Assembly: GCA_040954595.2 (NCBI GenBank)
Contig: CM082596.2
Location: 10,250,461-10,314,460, forward strand
DNA from: Balanoglossus misakiensis
Taxonomy: Eukaryota; Animalia; Hemichordata
Length of the DNA: 64,000 nt
Direction of reading: 5' to 3'
Shown in pieces: positions 49,435 through 64,000 of the stretch. The position numbers were made by a program, and so were the translations under genes. Below the pieces are notes generated by a model. That model saw only the letters and a program-made list of their open reading frames with translations, searched no databases and was not told the origin of the DNA. How positions within the stretch are numbered: the stretch's first letter is position 1; each line of letters begins with the position of its first letter.

Positions 49435-52400
49435 CCCTAAATATACAACAAAACATTTTATCTCCGCGACCAGCTGTTCAATTTGGTGCATGGACAGTGT
49501 TGGACTCTTGATCTGTCTATGTTTAGAAAATTTGATGAAATTCATGATGACTTGGATTGAATTGAATCAATGTTTATTCGCTCTAGGAACACTTTATTGA
49601 CTACAAACTTTTGTTTTGTTGTTTGTTGGATGGGTAAAATTTAAGACCTCTCGGCCAACGCGGAGCAGAGTTTAATTAGTTTTGAAGTTGTGAAAATCGA
49701 CGAAACAGAGCGAAAAAACGGCAATTTGCGCTGTCGGCACATTTCTTCTGCCTCGATTTATCGACACCAGGACCTCCCCCCCCCCAAAAAAAAAATATAT
49801 CAATTATGGATCATCAAATAACTAGACTGCATCGTCCATGAAATCAAACTCGACGACAAAAAAACTTCGCCGATTCCGAGGTAAACGCATCCCGACAGGA
49901 TAAGAACTCCGCTATGTGACATCATCTGATTTCTCTGTAAACATTGGTTGGTCGTTACTTCGGGAACGGCACTTAATCTTCTCGGTTGGGCCTTTAATTT
50001 CCATGACCCCGGTCGATTCGGCCAAGACGCAAACCGATTCTTCACTTTGCAGTTCAGTAAAGTTGGCGAACGGGATAGTCTGTTAATGGTGAATGCAGGC
50101 CTGTACGCAGTGCTAGCGAACGGGACAAATTGACATAATAAAAGCGAGTGTTGTCAGATTAGTGGGACTGTCATATCATGAACACAATACGGGAGGCGTG
50201 ATAAGGGCATTATAAAGAGCGAGCGTGAAACTGACATGGAAACGATCGACAGTACGGTACAGCACAGTGGCTGTGGGTAGAGCGAGCATGTTGCTGTGCC
50301 GAACACATTTACCATGTTTGTTAAATACAAAACACACCGACTTGACCTGCGGCCGCAGCTGCAGCTTCCTAACGCGCCCTAATCCAAGCAGTTTACGATC
50401 TCGTGGATCGTGGTTGGACTGACAAAATGACCCAGAAAGAGAACCACATTAGGAAGTATTATAGGTCTGTTTCCTCAAAGTCCAATAAGTGCAAAACTTA
50501 ACGCACATCAAAATGTTGCCCAGACAACGGTAGTTAGCAGTTTGCTTGCTCGGTTTGAAATGCGCGGCTGTGGTAGAAAATTACCCCCTGTTCTTTGGGA
50601 CGTGAGCCACCCCCCTGAGACAATGGTGCACTCACACTCGAGAACATAGGTTTGCTATTTGCATATACAAATGGAATATTCCTTCGAATGCGAGCATGTT
50701 CCAGTGCGTTCTAAAATAATAAAATATGCAGCTATAGCATGTATGCATATTCATTGGTGTGTCGTAATGCTAACTTTGGTCTGTGATTGGGTAACAAGTC
50801 CCACTCTCCATAACAACAGGTGATCATTGACCCGTTTCCGGTGTGCGACGTCGGGTTTCAATCACTTTCCTTCTTACTGCCGCGGGATCAAGACGTCTTT
50901 TCGGTAGGCTCATAATCCAGTCATTGCTTTTAGTACCATAGCCTATATAGCTACGTTACCGTCGCTCGATTGTTTTGTCTGGTATTAGGTGATTTGCAGC
51001 TATCCGTTCAACACCTTGTAGTTGAACAGAAGTAGGTCTTATTCCAGAAAAAAATCCGAGCTACGGGCGTGCAGCTAGCCATGCCTCTCGGCCATTCTGT
51101 GTATGGCTTCGCTGCTGACCCTGAGGTCATAATCGAGAAAGTCTAGTCATATTCATAGGGCTATACTCTGTGAGAATTTTATTGCTAGGCCTCTTGCCTA
51201 AGCGCACGTAGAGCCAGTGTTTGCATTTTTTTAATTTTACGGTTTAAATGTGGTTGGTGTATTTTCGCTTTTCTGTTTGTTTTTTCGTAACATTTTACTG
51301 TTTACATGTTGTTGGCGTATTTTCGTTTTTCTGGTGTGATTTCCACCTCACTGTTGGCATACTTAAACAATTATCCTAATTTTTATTGGGCAAACCGATA
51401 AAACCAGAACCACCACAAGTAAAGAAAATTGTAATCTGTTTGGTGATAACCCTTTTAGCTTTGAAAGATAACCGATTTGATGTTTTAGTAAAACCAAATT
51501 TTTGACCAGGGTGACAAGCATTTTTTTCTCCAAGAGTCGTGTTGCTTTGAAGCATACATTTGGATATATGGTCCCATTTGATGAAAACCTGGTTGATGAA
51601 AAATGTGCATATTTATAATTTTGTAGAATTTTTTGTCTTGTTTGGTCAAAAATTGTTTTATCTAAAACTGCTTGTCAGATTGCTTTCAAATTTTGCAGGG
51701 TTGTTCCTTGGGAATAATTAAGTGAGATGTTTTAGAAAAATACTTGAAATTTGCATATTTGCGTTTTGTGTGTGATAGTTTTGGAATTTTTCATTAAAAA
51801 TTATTTTCTTTCAAACTGATTGTCAGATTGCCTTGAGCTTTGGTAGGCATGTTCCCTGAAGCGATTGACGTAAGATATTGTACAATTTTGGTGAAAATAC
51901 TGATTTTTCTGAAACTGCATATGGGATTGCTTTGAAATTTGATAGGATTATTGCAATGGGTAACCCAAGTTTTGTCTGATTGTGTTGATTTCCCTATACT
52001 GAGACTCGCCAAGTACACTATATGTTTATATTACTAGAGAGTTCAGAATCCAATATGGCCGCCATACGAACTGGGACATACTGTGTAATCAGATTATTTT
52101 CTAAACTTGTCATATTTTAATTTCTCGATCTCACAAATAAAAATGAAATGCCAAAAACTGAGTAACTTTCGTTTCTTCCCGCTTGGTGTCCATTAAAGTC
52201 TTTTTCCTCCCACTGGGAAAGTGGCTAGAGTCAATATGTGCATAATGGCAGCATTATATGGCACTGAATAAATGGCAGGGGTGTTTACATCTCCTAATTT
52301 GTTTTCACTTAAACCATTATAAATATCTAACAGTATATGATCATATTGTGTATGCAACTCGGAGATGTGTTTCACTTCAGGGTTGGAAGTTTGTTTAGTC

Positions 52401-53844
52401 AAGTCTGGGAAGTGACATGTCTTCAAAGTGACTGATGTTATCTGCTTAGAGATGAATGCCCATTGGTGTTCTTTCCTAGGAATACATTTTCTTTGCATTT
52501 CATAGACCTGTGTATAATTATAATTTCAGTTATATATTCTAATTTGCGTTTAGGTAGAGTATGCATGGAATTAAAATAATTATTCTGTAATTACCCAACA
52601 AAAATGTTGGTCTTACAATTGTCTAGCAAGTGGATATTTTGATTGTTAATTTGCACAGGCAACATTATGGAAGTAGCATAAAGAGTATTCAATAATATAG
52701 CAGACCTTCTAGCCAGAAAGAAGAGCTTAGAAGATTTATCAGCTCATAATATTCCTTTAACCAATGAACTTTATATGAACTTGCACACCTGCCTTGAAGA
52801 TACAGGGATTAATGTTCAGGAAACCTTACCAGCTCTAGTACATTTATTTCAGCCAGAAATTGAATTACCAGATAAAAAAATCAGTAATTTTACAAAGATA
52901 CAGTCAGAAAATAAATGGAGAAAGCCAGCAAGGAAGGCATAAAAGTGGAATACATGAAAGACACAGTTAGCTTAAACTACATGTGTATGCAGTAAAAACT
53001 GTATGGTGCAAGGACGTTCATTTTTATGATTTATAGCCAGCCAGTCTTTCCATGCATATCATACCAAAATTAATATGAAAATTGTGTAAATGTTAATAGA
53101 CTACAAGGAAAGTACAAATACATGTAGAAATTACACTATCCAACTTTCTCCACTTTTGATATCTGCTCAACACAGGCAAGCAAAAGGGCCGATCTGAGAG
53201 TTTGACTTGAATGATGGCAATTTTTGCTGTCCAGAAGTAACTGTATAAAATATTTTTTGGTAGTAGTATTATTGCTCAAAATACACAAGAATTTAAATAT
53301 CTCCGCTCGCTACAGTGATTGAACTGATTTTCAGCAAATTGCAGTGTATAAATAAACATTGCCATCTAATGAAATATCAATCCAATATGGCCGCCCATTT
53401 GCAATGGTAAAATGCTAGTTTTTTCCTTTTTTGAGCGCCTGGGAATTTAAATTATAATCCAGATATCAAACACTTAAGTCACTATCTGTATCTGCACATA
53501 TATTGTAATATATTCTGAAAATTTCGTTACAATTAGATCAACTATGATTGAGACACGGAACATCAAACATTGCAAAATTTCATATTTCCCATGGTGCCAT
53601 GCAAAAAATAGAGAGATTTTCTTTACAAGTTTAGATGATCTCCTGTAAAACTGAAAGAAGTATTCTTCTGTGAATCGTGCATAATTTTTTGAAAAATGTT
53701 GAAGGTACTTGAGAATATCAGTATTTTTTGATGCTTTTGTACCTTGAAAACTGGTGAACCGATTTTGATAATTTTCTTTATTATAACCTACAAAGACCTA
53801 TAAACATTTTTTATCAGTAAAATAAACAGCCTTATATAATTTTA

Positions 53845-54537
53845 CTGGTCCAGCTGTTACAGAGACCACTGGCTATTTTATTATAAACTGGTGGTAGGTC
53901 AGTGAATGCCTCTGTCTGATTGGACTAATTAGCTTGTCATACTCGCATGTATTTTTAAAGACAGTTTTTGGACAACAATCAGCTGTGGTCCAGCTGTTAC
54001 AGAGACCTCCGGCTATTTATTATAAACTGGTGGTAGGTCAGTAAATGCCTCTGTCTGATTGGACTAATTAGCTTGTCATACTCGCATGTATTTTACAGAC
54101 AGTTTTTGGACAAAAATCAGTTGTGGTCCAGCTGTTACAGAGACCACCGGCTATTTTATTATAAACTGGTGGTAGGTCAGTGAATGCCTCTGTCTGATAG
54201 GACTAATTAGCTTGTCATACTCGCATGTATTTTACAGACAATTTTTGGACAAAAATCAGTTGTGGTCCAGCTGTTACAGAGACCACCGACTATTTTATTA
54301 TAAACTGGTGGTAGGTCAGTGAATGCCCTTGTCTGATAGGACTAATTAGCTTGTCATACTCGCATGAATTTTACAGACAGTTTTTGGACAAAAATCAGCT
54401 GTGGTCCAGCTGTTACAGAGACCACCGGTTATTTTATTATAAACTGGTGGTAGGTCAGTGAATGCCTCTGTCTGATTGGACTAATTAGCTTGTCATACTC
54501 GCATGTATTTTACAGACAGTTTTTGGACAAAAATCTG
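53845..54537. repeat. Tandem repeat, ~139 bp monomer, 5 copies
   Basis: GGTCCAGCTGTTACAGAGACC at 53847, 53987, 54125, 54264 and 54403. Confidence 0.95.
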
Positions 54538-54749
54538 TTTTTTTAGTGCTGCTTGTAGGATTGCAGTGACACATAACACTTGATTGGGCATAGTGAATTT
54601 TTTTATGTTTCCATAGTATTTGAATATTTTTGCCATATATGCTTGCCAATGTCGCCCGTGATTTTAATTCTGGCGAATACCTAAAATCTGTGTAATCCCC
54701 AAATGGCACAACAGTATCCTATATGCTATGTTTTAAGAAGTTAATTATA

Positions 54750-56470
54750 CATAGATATGCATCTTGTTAAAATGCACAACAGTCACGATTTTGTTCACAC
54801 GAGTTTGATTGCTGCCAGGACATAACCCAAATATTTTGATAATTTTGGCAATGACCTTTGAACTACTATCCCATGCCTTGGCATGTACAGCAGATACAGC
54901 CTTCAAATTTGGAGGACTGGAACACCTAATGAAGTACATGTATTAACTTTAACACAATAATTATGTACATAAGCTCTTTAAAGTTACCCAATAGATCTTA
55001 GAAGTCTGGTTTTTGCTGGACACTGATTAGTTTGATATCAAAATTTGTTGGCCCAACTTTGCGTGAACTCTGGCTTACTTACCATTTCTCAGCACCCATA
55101 ACAAATACAGCCTTTGCTTTCTGTTGGAACCATGCTAACCACTTTGGCTCCTCCAATGCTGCTTATAGTTGGGTCTTCTTCATGGCAGCCATATTTGATT
55201 TTTGGATAACCTTTAAAAGTTGACATTTTTTTCAAAAATTACAAGGCCAATCAAGTTCTAATTTACAGTCCGTTCCAATTTTTTTCAATAATATTGTTAG
55301 TGGTCATGCGAATTTGGATTCATTATGGATTTTTGAAAAATCTCATGAAAAATTTCCAAAGTCTTTTTTTAATCAAGCTTTCAAGTGAATTGTGATTGCT
55401 TTAACCTTATTCGAGCCAAATTGTATTTTCTGAACACCGATGAAAAACAAAGATTTCCTATTTCTAGCCTACTCATTGATAGCACACAAATTAATTTTAT
55501 TGATACGAGTCACCATATGACTAGAATACGTTACATTTTTGGCAACTTTCACATGTTCTTTGATCCAGTTGTTTTTCAGAATTTGATTAAACAATTTATT
55601 GGCCACTCTCACATGTCCTTTGATCCAGTAATTCTAGAACTTAATTTTATGTGGATATGCCTCTTGTTAAAAAGCACAACAGTCATGATTTTGTTCACAT
55701 GAGAACTATTGCTGCCAGGACATAACCCAACTATTTTTATAATTCTGGCAATGATCTACTTTCCCATAACTTGCCATGCACAGCAGATACAGCTTTCAAA
55801 TTTAGGGGACTGGAACATCTAATGAAGTATTAATCTTTAACACAATACTTATGTACGTATCCTATTTAAAGTTAACCAATAGAGCTTAGAACTTTGGTTC
55901 TTGTTGAACACTGATCAGTTTGATATCAGATTTTGTTGGCACAATTTTGCGTGACCTCTGGCTTACTTACCATTTCTAGCCATCCAAAAAAGATACAGAG
56001 CTTGCTTTCTGTTGGAACCATGTTAACTGCTTTGGCACCTGTAATGCTGCATGTTCCTTTAATTGTCTTCTTCATGGTGGCTATATTGAATTTTCTGATA
56101 ACCTCTAAAAGTTGACATTTTTTTCAAAACTACAGGGCCAATCAAGTTCTAATTTACTGTCCCTTCCAATTTTTTTCAATAATATTGTTAGTGGTCATGC
56201 GAATTTGGATTCATTATGGATTTTTGAAAAATGTCATGAAAAATTTCCAAAGTCTTTTTTTAATCAAGCTTTCAAGTGTATTGTGATTGCTTTAACCTTA
56301 TTCGAGCCAAATTGGATTTTCTGAACTCTGATTAAAAACGAAGATTTCCTATTTCTAGCCTACTCATTGAAAGCACGCAAATTCATTTTATTGATATGAG
56401 TCACCATATGAATAGAATACTTTACATTTTTTGGCAAATTTCACATGTCCTTTGATTCAGATTTGTTAGA
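54750..56470. repeat. Two diverged ~0.9-kb tandem units, each starting with a satellite-like monomer
   Basis: 54755-55640 is colinear with 55655-56460; for example AGTTGACATTTTTT...GGTCATGCGAATTTGGATTC occurs at ~55218 and ~56110. Confidence 0.85.
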
Positions 56471-56479
56471 ACTGAATTG

Positions 56480-59400
56480 TACTTGGATATGTCTCTTGTT
56501 AAAAAGCACAACAGTCATGATTGTGTTCACTTGAGTTTTGTCGCTGCCAGGACATAACCGAAATATTTTGATAATTTTGGCAATGACCCTTGATCTACTT
56601 GGATATGTCTCATGTTAAAAAGCACAACAGTCTTGATTTTGTTCACACGAGTTTTATCGCTGCCAGGACATAACCAAAATATTTTGATAATTTTGGCAAT
56701 GACCCTTGATCTACTTGGATATGTCTCTTGTTAAAAAGCACAACAGTCTTGATTTTGTTCACATGAGTTTTATCGCTGCCAGGACATAAACCAAATATTT
56801 TGATAATTTTGGCAATGACCCTTGATCTACTTGGATATGTCTCTTGTTAAAAAGCACAACAGTCATGATTGTGTTCACACGAGTTTTATTGCTGCCAGGA
56901 CATAACCCAAATATTTTGTTAAGTTTGGCAATGACCCTTGATCTTCTTGGATATGTCTCTTGTTAAAAAGCACAACTGTCATGATTTTGTTCACATGAGT
57001 TTTATTGCTGCCAGGACATAACCCAAATATTTTGATAATTTTGGCAATGACCCTTGATCTACTTGGATATGTCTCTTGTTAAAAAGCACAACAGTCAGGA
57101 TTTTGTTCACATGAGTTTTATCACTGCCAGGACATAACCCAAATATATTGATAATTTTGGCAATGACCCTTGATCTACTTGGATATGTCTCTTGTTAAAA
57201 TACACAACAGTCTTGATTTTGTTCACATGAGTTTTATCGCTGCCAGGACATAACCCAAATATTTTGATAATTTTGGCAATGACCCTTGATCTACTTGGAT
57301 ATGTCTCTTGTTAAAAAGCACAACAGTCATGATTGTGTTAACACGAGTTTTATTGCTGCCAGGACATAACCCAAATATTTTGATAATTTTGGCAATGACC
57401 CTTGATCTTCTTGGATATGTCTCTTGTTAAAAAGCACAACAGTCATGATTTTGTTCACATGAGTTTTATTGCTGCCAGGACATAACCCAAATATTTTGAT
57501 AATTTTGGCAATGACCCTTGATCTACTTGGATATGTCTCTTGTTAAAAAGCACAACAGTCAGGATTTTGTTCACATGAGTTTTATTGCTTCCAGGACATA
57601 ACCAAAATATTTTGATAATTTTGGCAATGACTCTTGATCTACTTTGATATGTCTCTTGTTAAAAAGCACAACAGTCAGGATTTTGTTCACATGAGTACTA
57701 TTGCTGGCAGGACATAACCCAAATATTTTGATAATTATGGCAATGACCCTTGAACTACTTGGATATGTCTCTTGATAAACAGCCAAACAGTCATGATTGT
57801 GTTCACACGAGTTTTATTGCTGCCAGGACATAACCCAAATATTTTGATAATTTTGGCAATGACCCTTGATCGACTTGGATATGTCTATTGTTAAAAAGCA
57901 CAACAGTCATGATTTTGTTTACGTGACTACTATTGCTGCCAGGACTTAACCCAAATATTTTGATAATTTTGGCAATGACCCTTGATCTACTTAGATATGT
58001 CTCTTGATAAAAAGCACAACAGTCATGATTGTGTTCACACGAGTTTTATTGCTGCCAGGACATAACCCAAATATTTGGGTTATGACCCTTGATCTACTTA
58101 GATATGTCTCTTGATAAAAAGCACAACAGTCATGATTGTGTTCACACGAGTTTTATTGCTGCCAGGACATAACCCAAATATTTTTATAATTTTGGCCATG
58201 ACCCTTGATCTACTTGGATATGTCTCTTGATAAAAAGCACAACAGTCATGATTGTGTTCACATGAGTTTTATTGCTGCCAGGACATAACCCAAATATTTT
58301 GATAATTTTGGTAATGACCCTTGATCTTCTTGGATATGTCTCTTGTTAAAAAGCACAACAGTCATGATTGTGTTCACACGAGTTTTATTGCTGCCAGGAC
58401 ATAACCCAAATATTTTGATAATTTTGGCAATGACCCTTGATCTACTTGGATATGTCTCTTGTTAAAAAGCACAACAGTCAGGATTTTGTTCACATGAGTA
58501 CTATTGCTGGCAGGACATAACCAAACTATTTTGATAATTTTGGCAATAACTCTTCATCTACTTGGATATGTCTCTTGTTAAAATGCACAACATACATGAT
58601 TTTGTTCACATGAATTCTATTGCTGTCAGGACATAACCCGAATATTTTGATAATTATGGCAATGACCCTTGAACTACTTGGATATGTCTCTTGATAAACA
58701 GCCCAACAGTCATGATTGTGTTCACACGAGTTTTATTGCTGCCAGGACATAACCCAAATATTTTTATAATTTTGGCCATGACCCTTGATCTACTTGGATA
58801 TGTCTCTTGTTAAAAAGCACAACAGTCAGGATTTTGTTCACATGAGTTTTATCACTGCCAGGACATAACCCAAATATATTGATAATTTTGGCAATGACCC
58901 TTGATCTACTTGGATATGTCTCTTGTTATAATACACAACAGTCTTGATTTTGTTCACATGAGTACTATTGCTGGCAGGACATAACCAAACTATTTTGATA
59001 ATTTTGGCAATGACTCTTCATCTACTTGGATATGTCTCTTGTTAAAATGCACAACATACATGATTTTATTCACATGAATTCTATTGCTGTCAGGACATAA
59101 CCCAAATATTTTGATAATTATGGCAATGACCCTTGAACTACTTGGATATGTCTCTTGATAAACAGCCCAACAGTCATGATTGTGTTCACACGAGTTTTAT
59201 TGCTGCCAGGACATAACCCAAATATTTTGATAATTTTGGCAATGACCCTTGATCGACTTGGATATGTCTCTTGTTAAAAAGCACAACAGTCATGATTTTG
59301 TTTACGTGACTACTATTGCTGCCAGGACATAACCCAAATATTTTTATAATTTTGGCCATGACCCTTGATCTACTTGGATATGTCTCTTGTTAAAAAGCAC

Positions 59401-62400
59401 AACAGTCATGATTTTGTTCACATGAGTTTTATTGCTGCCAGGACATAACCCAAATATTTTGATAATTTTGGTAATGACCCTTGATCTTCTTGGATATGTC
59501 TCTTGTTAAAAAGCACATCAGTCATGATTTTGTTAACATGAATTTTATTGCTGCCAGGACATATACCAAATATTTTGATAATTTTGGCAATGACTCTTGA
59601 TCTACTTGGATATGTCTCTTGTTAAAAAGCACAACAGTTATTATTTTGTTCACATGAGTTTTATTGCTGACATGACATAACCCAAATATTTTGATAATTT
59701 TGGCAATGACCCTTGAACTACTTGGATATGTCTCTTGTTAAAAAGCACAACAGACATTATTTTGTTTACGTGACTACTATTGCTGCCAGGACATAACCCA
59801 AATATTTTGATAATTTTGGCAATGACCCTTGATCTACTTGGATATGTCTCTTGTTAAAAAGCACAACAGTCATGGTTGTGTTCACACAAGTTTTATTGCT
59901 GCCAGGACATAACCCAAATATTTTTTATAATTTTGGCCATGACCCTTGATCTACTTGGATATGTCTCTTGTTAAAAAGCACAACAGTCATGATTTTGTTT
60001 ACGTGACTACTATTGCTGCCAGGACTTAACCCAAATATTTTGATAATCTTGGCAATAACCCTTGATCTACTTGGATATGTCTCTTGATAAAAAGCACAAC
60101 AGTCATGATTGTGTTCACACGAGTTTTATTGATGCCAGGACATAACCCAAATATTTTGATAATTTTGGCCATGACCCTTGATCTACTTGGATATGTCTCT
60201 TGTTAAAAAGCACAACAGTCATGATTTTGTTTACGTGACTACTATTGCTGCCAGGACTTAACCCAAATATTTTGATAATTTTGGCAATGACCCTTGATCT
60301 ACTTGGATATGTCTCTTGATAAAAAGCACAACAGTCATGATTGTGTTCACACGAGTTTTATTGATGCCAGGACATAACCCAAATATTTTGATAATTTTGG
60401 CCATGACCCTTGATCTACTTGGATATGTCTCTTGTTAAAAAGCACAACAGTCATGATTTTGTTTACGTGACTACTATTGCTGCCAGGACTTAACCCAAAT
60501 ATTTTGATAATTTTGGCAATGACCCTTGATCTACTTGGATATGTCTCTTGATAAAAAGCACAACAGTCATGATTGTGCTCACATGAGTTTTATTCCTGCC
60601 AGGACATATACCAAATATTTTGATAATTTTGGCAATGACTCTTGATCTACTTGGATATGTCTCTTGTTAAAAAGCACAACAGTCATTATTTTGTTCACAT
60701 GAGTTTTATTGCTGCCAGGACATAACCCAAATATTTTGATAATTATGGCAATGACCCTTGGTCTTCTTGGATATGTCTCTTGTTAAAGAGCACAACAGTC
60801 ATGATTGTGTTCACACGAGTTTTATTGCTGTCAGGACATAACCCAAATATTTTGATAATTTTGGCAATGACCCTTGATCTACTTGGATATGTCTCTTGTT
60901 AAAAAGCACAACAGTCATTATTTTGTTCACATGAGTTTTATTGCTGCCAGGACATAACCTAAATATTTTGATAATTATGGCAATGACCCTTGAACTACTT
61001 GGATATGTCTCTTGATAAAAAGCCCAACAGTCATTATTTTGTTCACACGAGTTTTATTGCTGCCATGACATAACCCAAATATTTTGATAATTTTGGCAAT
61101 GACCCTTGAACTACTTGGATATGTCTCTTGTTAAAAAGCACAACAGTCATTATTTTGTTCACATGAGTTTTATTGCTGCCAGGACATAACACAAATATTT
61201 TGATAATTTTGGCAATGACCCTTGATCTACTTGGATATGTCTCTTGTTAAAAAGCACAACAAGTCATTATTGTGTTCACATGAGTTTTATTGCTGCCGGG
61301 ACATAACCAAAATATTTTGATAATTTTGGCAATGACCCTTGATCTACTTGGATATGTCTCTTGTTAAAAAGCACAACAGTCATGATTTTGTTTACGTGAC
61401 TACTATTGCTGCCAGGACATAACCCAAATATTTTGATAATTTTGGCAATGACCCTTGATCTACTTGGATATGTCTCTTGTTAAAAAGCACAACAGTCATG
61501 ATTGTGTTCACACGAGTTTTATTGCTGCCAGGACATAACCCAAATATTTTGATAATTTTGGCAATGACCCTTGATCTACTTGGATATGTCTCTTGATAAA
61601 AAGCACAACAGTCATGATTGTGCTCACATGCGTTTTATTGCTGCCAGGACATATACCAAATATTTTGATAATTTTGGCAATGACTCTTGATCTACTTGGA
61701 TATGTCTCTTGTTAAAAAGCACAACAGTCATGATTGTGTTCACACAAGTTTTATTGCTGCCAGGACATAACCCAAATATTTTGATAATTTTGGCAATGAC
61801 CCTTGATCTACTTGGATATGTCTCTTGTTAAAAAGCACATCTGTCTTGATTTTGTTAACATGAGTTTTATTGCTGCCAGGACATACACCAAATATTTTGA
61901 TAATTTTGGCAATGACTCTTGATCTACTTGGATATGTCTCTTGTTAAAAAGCACAACAGTCATTATTTTGTTCACATGAGTTTTATTGCTGCCAGGACAT
62001 AACCTAAATATTTTGATAATTATGGCAATGACCCTTGAACTACTTGGATATGTCTATTGATAAAAAGCCCAACAGTCATTATTTTGTTCACATGAGTTTT
62101 ATTGCTGCCATGACATAACCCTAATATTTTGATAATTTTGGCAATGACCCTTGAACTACTTGGATATGTCTCTTGTTAAAAAGCACAACAGTCATTATTT
62201 TGTTCACATGAGTTTTATTGCTGCCAGGACATAACCAAAATATTTTGATAATTTTGGCAATGACCCTTGATCTACTTGGATATGTCTCTTGTTAAAAAGC
62301 ACAACAGTCATGATTTTGTTTACGTGACTACTATTGCTGCCAGGACATAACCCAAATATTTTGATAATTATGGCAATGACCCTTGAACTACTTGGATATG

Positions 62401-64000
62401 TCTATTGATAAAAAGCCCAACAGTCATTATTTTGTTCACATGAGTTTTATTGCTGCCATGACATAACCCTAATATTTTGATAATTTTGGCAATGACCCTT
62501 GAACTACTTGGATATGTCTCTTGTTAAAAAGCACAACAGTCATTATTTTGTTCACATGAGTTTTATTGCTGCCAGGACATAACCAAAATATTTTGATAAT
62601 TTTGGCAATGACCCTTGATCTACTTGGATATGTCTCTTGTTAAAAAGCACAACAGTCATGATTTTGTTTACGTGACTACTATTGCTGCCAGGACATAACC
62701 CAAATATTTTGATAATTTTGGCAATGACCCTTGATCTACTTGGATATGTCTCTTGATAAAAAGCACAACAGTCATGATTGTGTTCACATGAGTTTTATTG
62801 CTGCCAGGAAATAACCCAAATATTTTGATAATTTTGGTAATGACCCTTGATCTTCTTGGATATGTCTCTTGATAAAAAGCCCAACAGTCATTATTTTGTT
62901 CACATGAGTTTTATTGCTGCCATGACATAACCCTAATATTTTGATAATTTTGGCAATGACCCTTGAACTACTTGGATATGTCTCTTGTTAAAAAGCACAA
63001 CAGTCATTATTTTGTTCACATGAGTTTTATTGCTGCCAGGACATAACCAAAATATTTTGATAATTTTGGCAATGACCCTTGATCTACTTGGATATGTCTC
63101 TTGTTAAAAAGCACAACAGTCATGATTTTGTTTACGTGACTACTATTGCTGCCAGGACATAACCCAAATATTTTGATAATTTTGGCAATGACCCTTGATC
63201 TACTTGGATATGTCTCTTGTTAAAAAGCACAACAGTCATGATTGTGTTCACACGAGTTTTATTGCTGCCAGGACATAACCCAAATATTTTGATAATTTTG
63301 GCAATGACCCTTGATCTACTTGGATATGTCTCTTGATAAAAAGCACAACAGTCATGATTGTGTTCACATGAGTTTTATTGCTGCCAGGACATAACCCAAA
63401 TATTTTGATAATTTTGGTAATGACCCTTGATCTTCTTGGATATGTCTCTTGTTAAAAAGCACAACAGTCATGATTGTGTTCACACGAGTTTGATTGCTGC
63501 CAGGACATAACCCAAATATTTTGATAATTTTGGCAATGACCCTTGATCTACTTGGATATGTCTCTTGTTAAAAAGCACATCAGTCATGATTTTGTTAACA
63601 TGAATTTTATTGCTGCCAGGACATATACCAAATATTTTGATAATTTTGGCAATGACTCTTGATCTACATGAGTTTTATTGCTGACATGCCATAACCCAAA
63701 TATTTTGATAATTTTGGCAATGACCCTTGATCTACTTGGATATGTCTCTTGTTAAAAAGCACAACAGTCATGATTGTGTTCACACAAGTTTTATTGCTGC
63801 CAGGACATAACCCAAATATTTTTTATAATTTTGGCCATGACCCTTGATCTACTTGGATATGTCTCTTGTTAAAAAGCACAACAGTCATGATTTTGTTTAC
63901 GTGACTACTATTGCTGCCAGGACTTAACCCAAATATTTTGATAATCTTGGCAATGACCCTTGATCTACTTGGATATGTCTCTTGATAAAAAGCACAACAG
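56480..64000. repeat. Satellite array, 116-bp monomer (~65 copies), runs off the window end
   Basis: TTGGATATGTCTCTTGTTAAAAAGCACAACAGTCATGATTTTGTTCACATGAGTTTTATTGCTGCCAGGACATAACCCAAATATTTTGATAATTTTGGCAATGACCCTTGATCTAC at 56831, 56947, 57063 and onward. Confidence 0.97.

Noticed and set aside
56480-64000. Possible CRISPR array or coding repeat
   Set aside because: Contiguous 116-bp monomers without spacers; the period is not a multiple of 3.

Overview
AT-rich, intron-rich, repeat-dense animal (invertebrate-type) nuclear DNA; not prokaryotic. No CRISPR array, rRNA or tRNA was seen. (1) A multi-exon MED25 (Mediator subunit 25)-like pseudogene lies on + at about 9.3-44.8 kb, with VWA-domain exons, S/T/Q-rich exons and a Q-rich C-terminus. 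It has several stops and frameshifts. Where the ACID domain should be there is instead a partly duplicated block of calcium-binding EGF exons (31-40 kb). (2) One MED25 intron holds a complete 11.1-kb EnSpm/CACTA (CMC) DNA transposon (11780-22908; CCCTTACG TIRs, TT target duplication, large subterminal arrays). It carries two divergent spliced genes: a DDE transposase (+) and a 7-exon coiled-coil/BEN-domain gene with BEND5-like architecture (-). Two inverted ZNF143/Staf motifs lie between them. This is the most interesting system in the window. (3) Many non-autonomous elements are present: piggyBac-, MULE-, P-, Harbinger-, Academ-, Tc1/pogo- and Helentron-like, plus a LINE fragment. Three unrelated repeat families share a tandem-G.A/GNA-loop hairpin. 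(4) Satellite arrays have monomers of about 78, 53, 139 and 116 bp. Protein family calls come from recalled motifs, not database searches.
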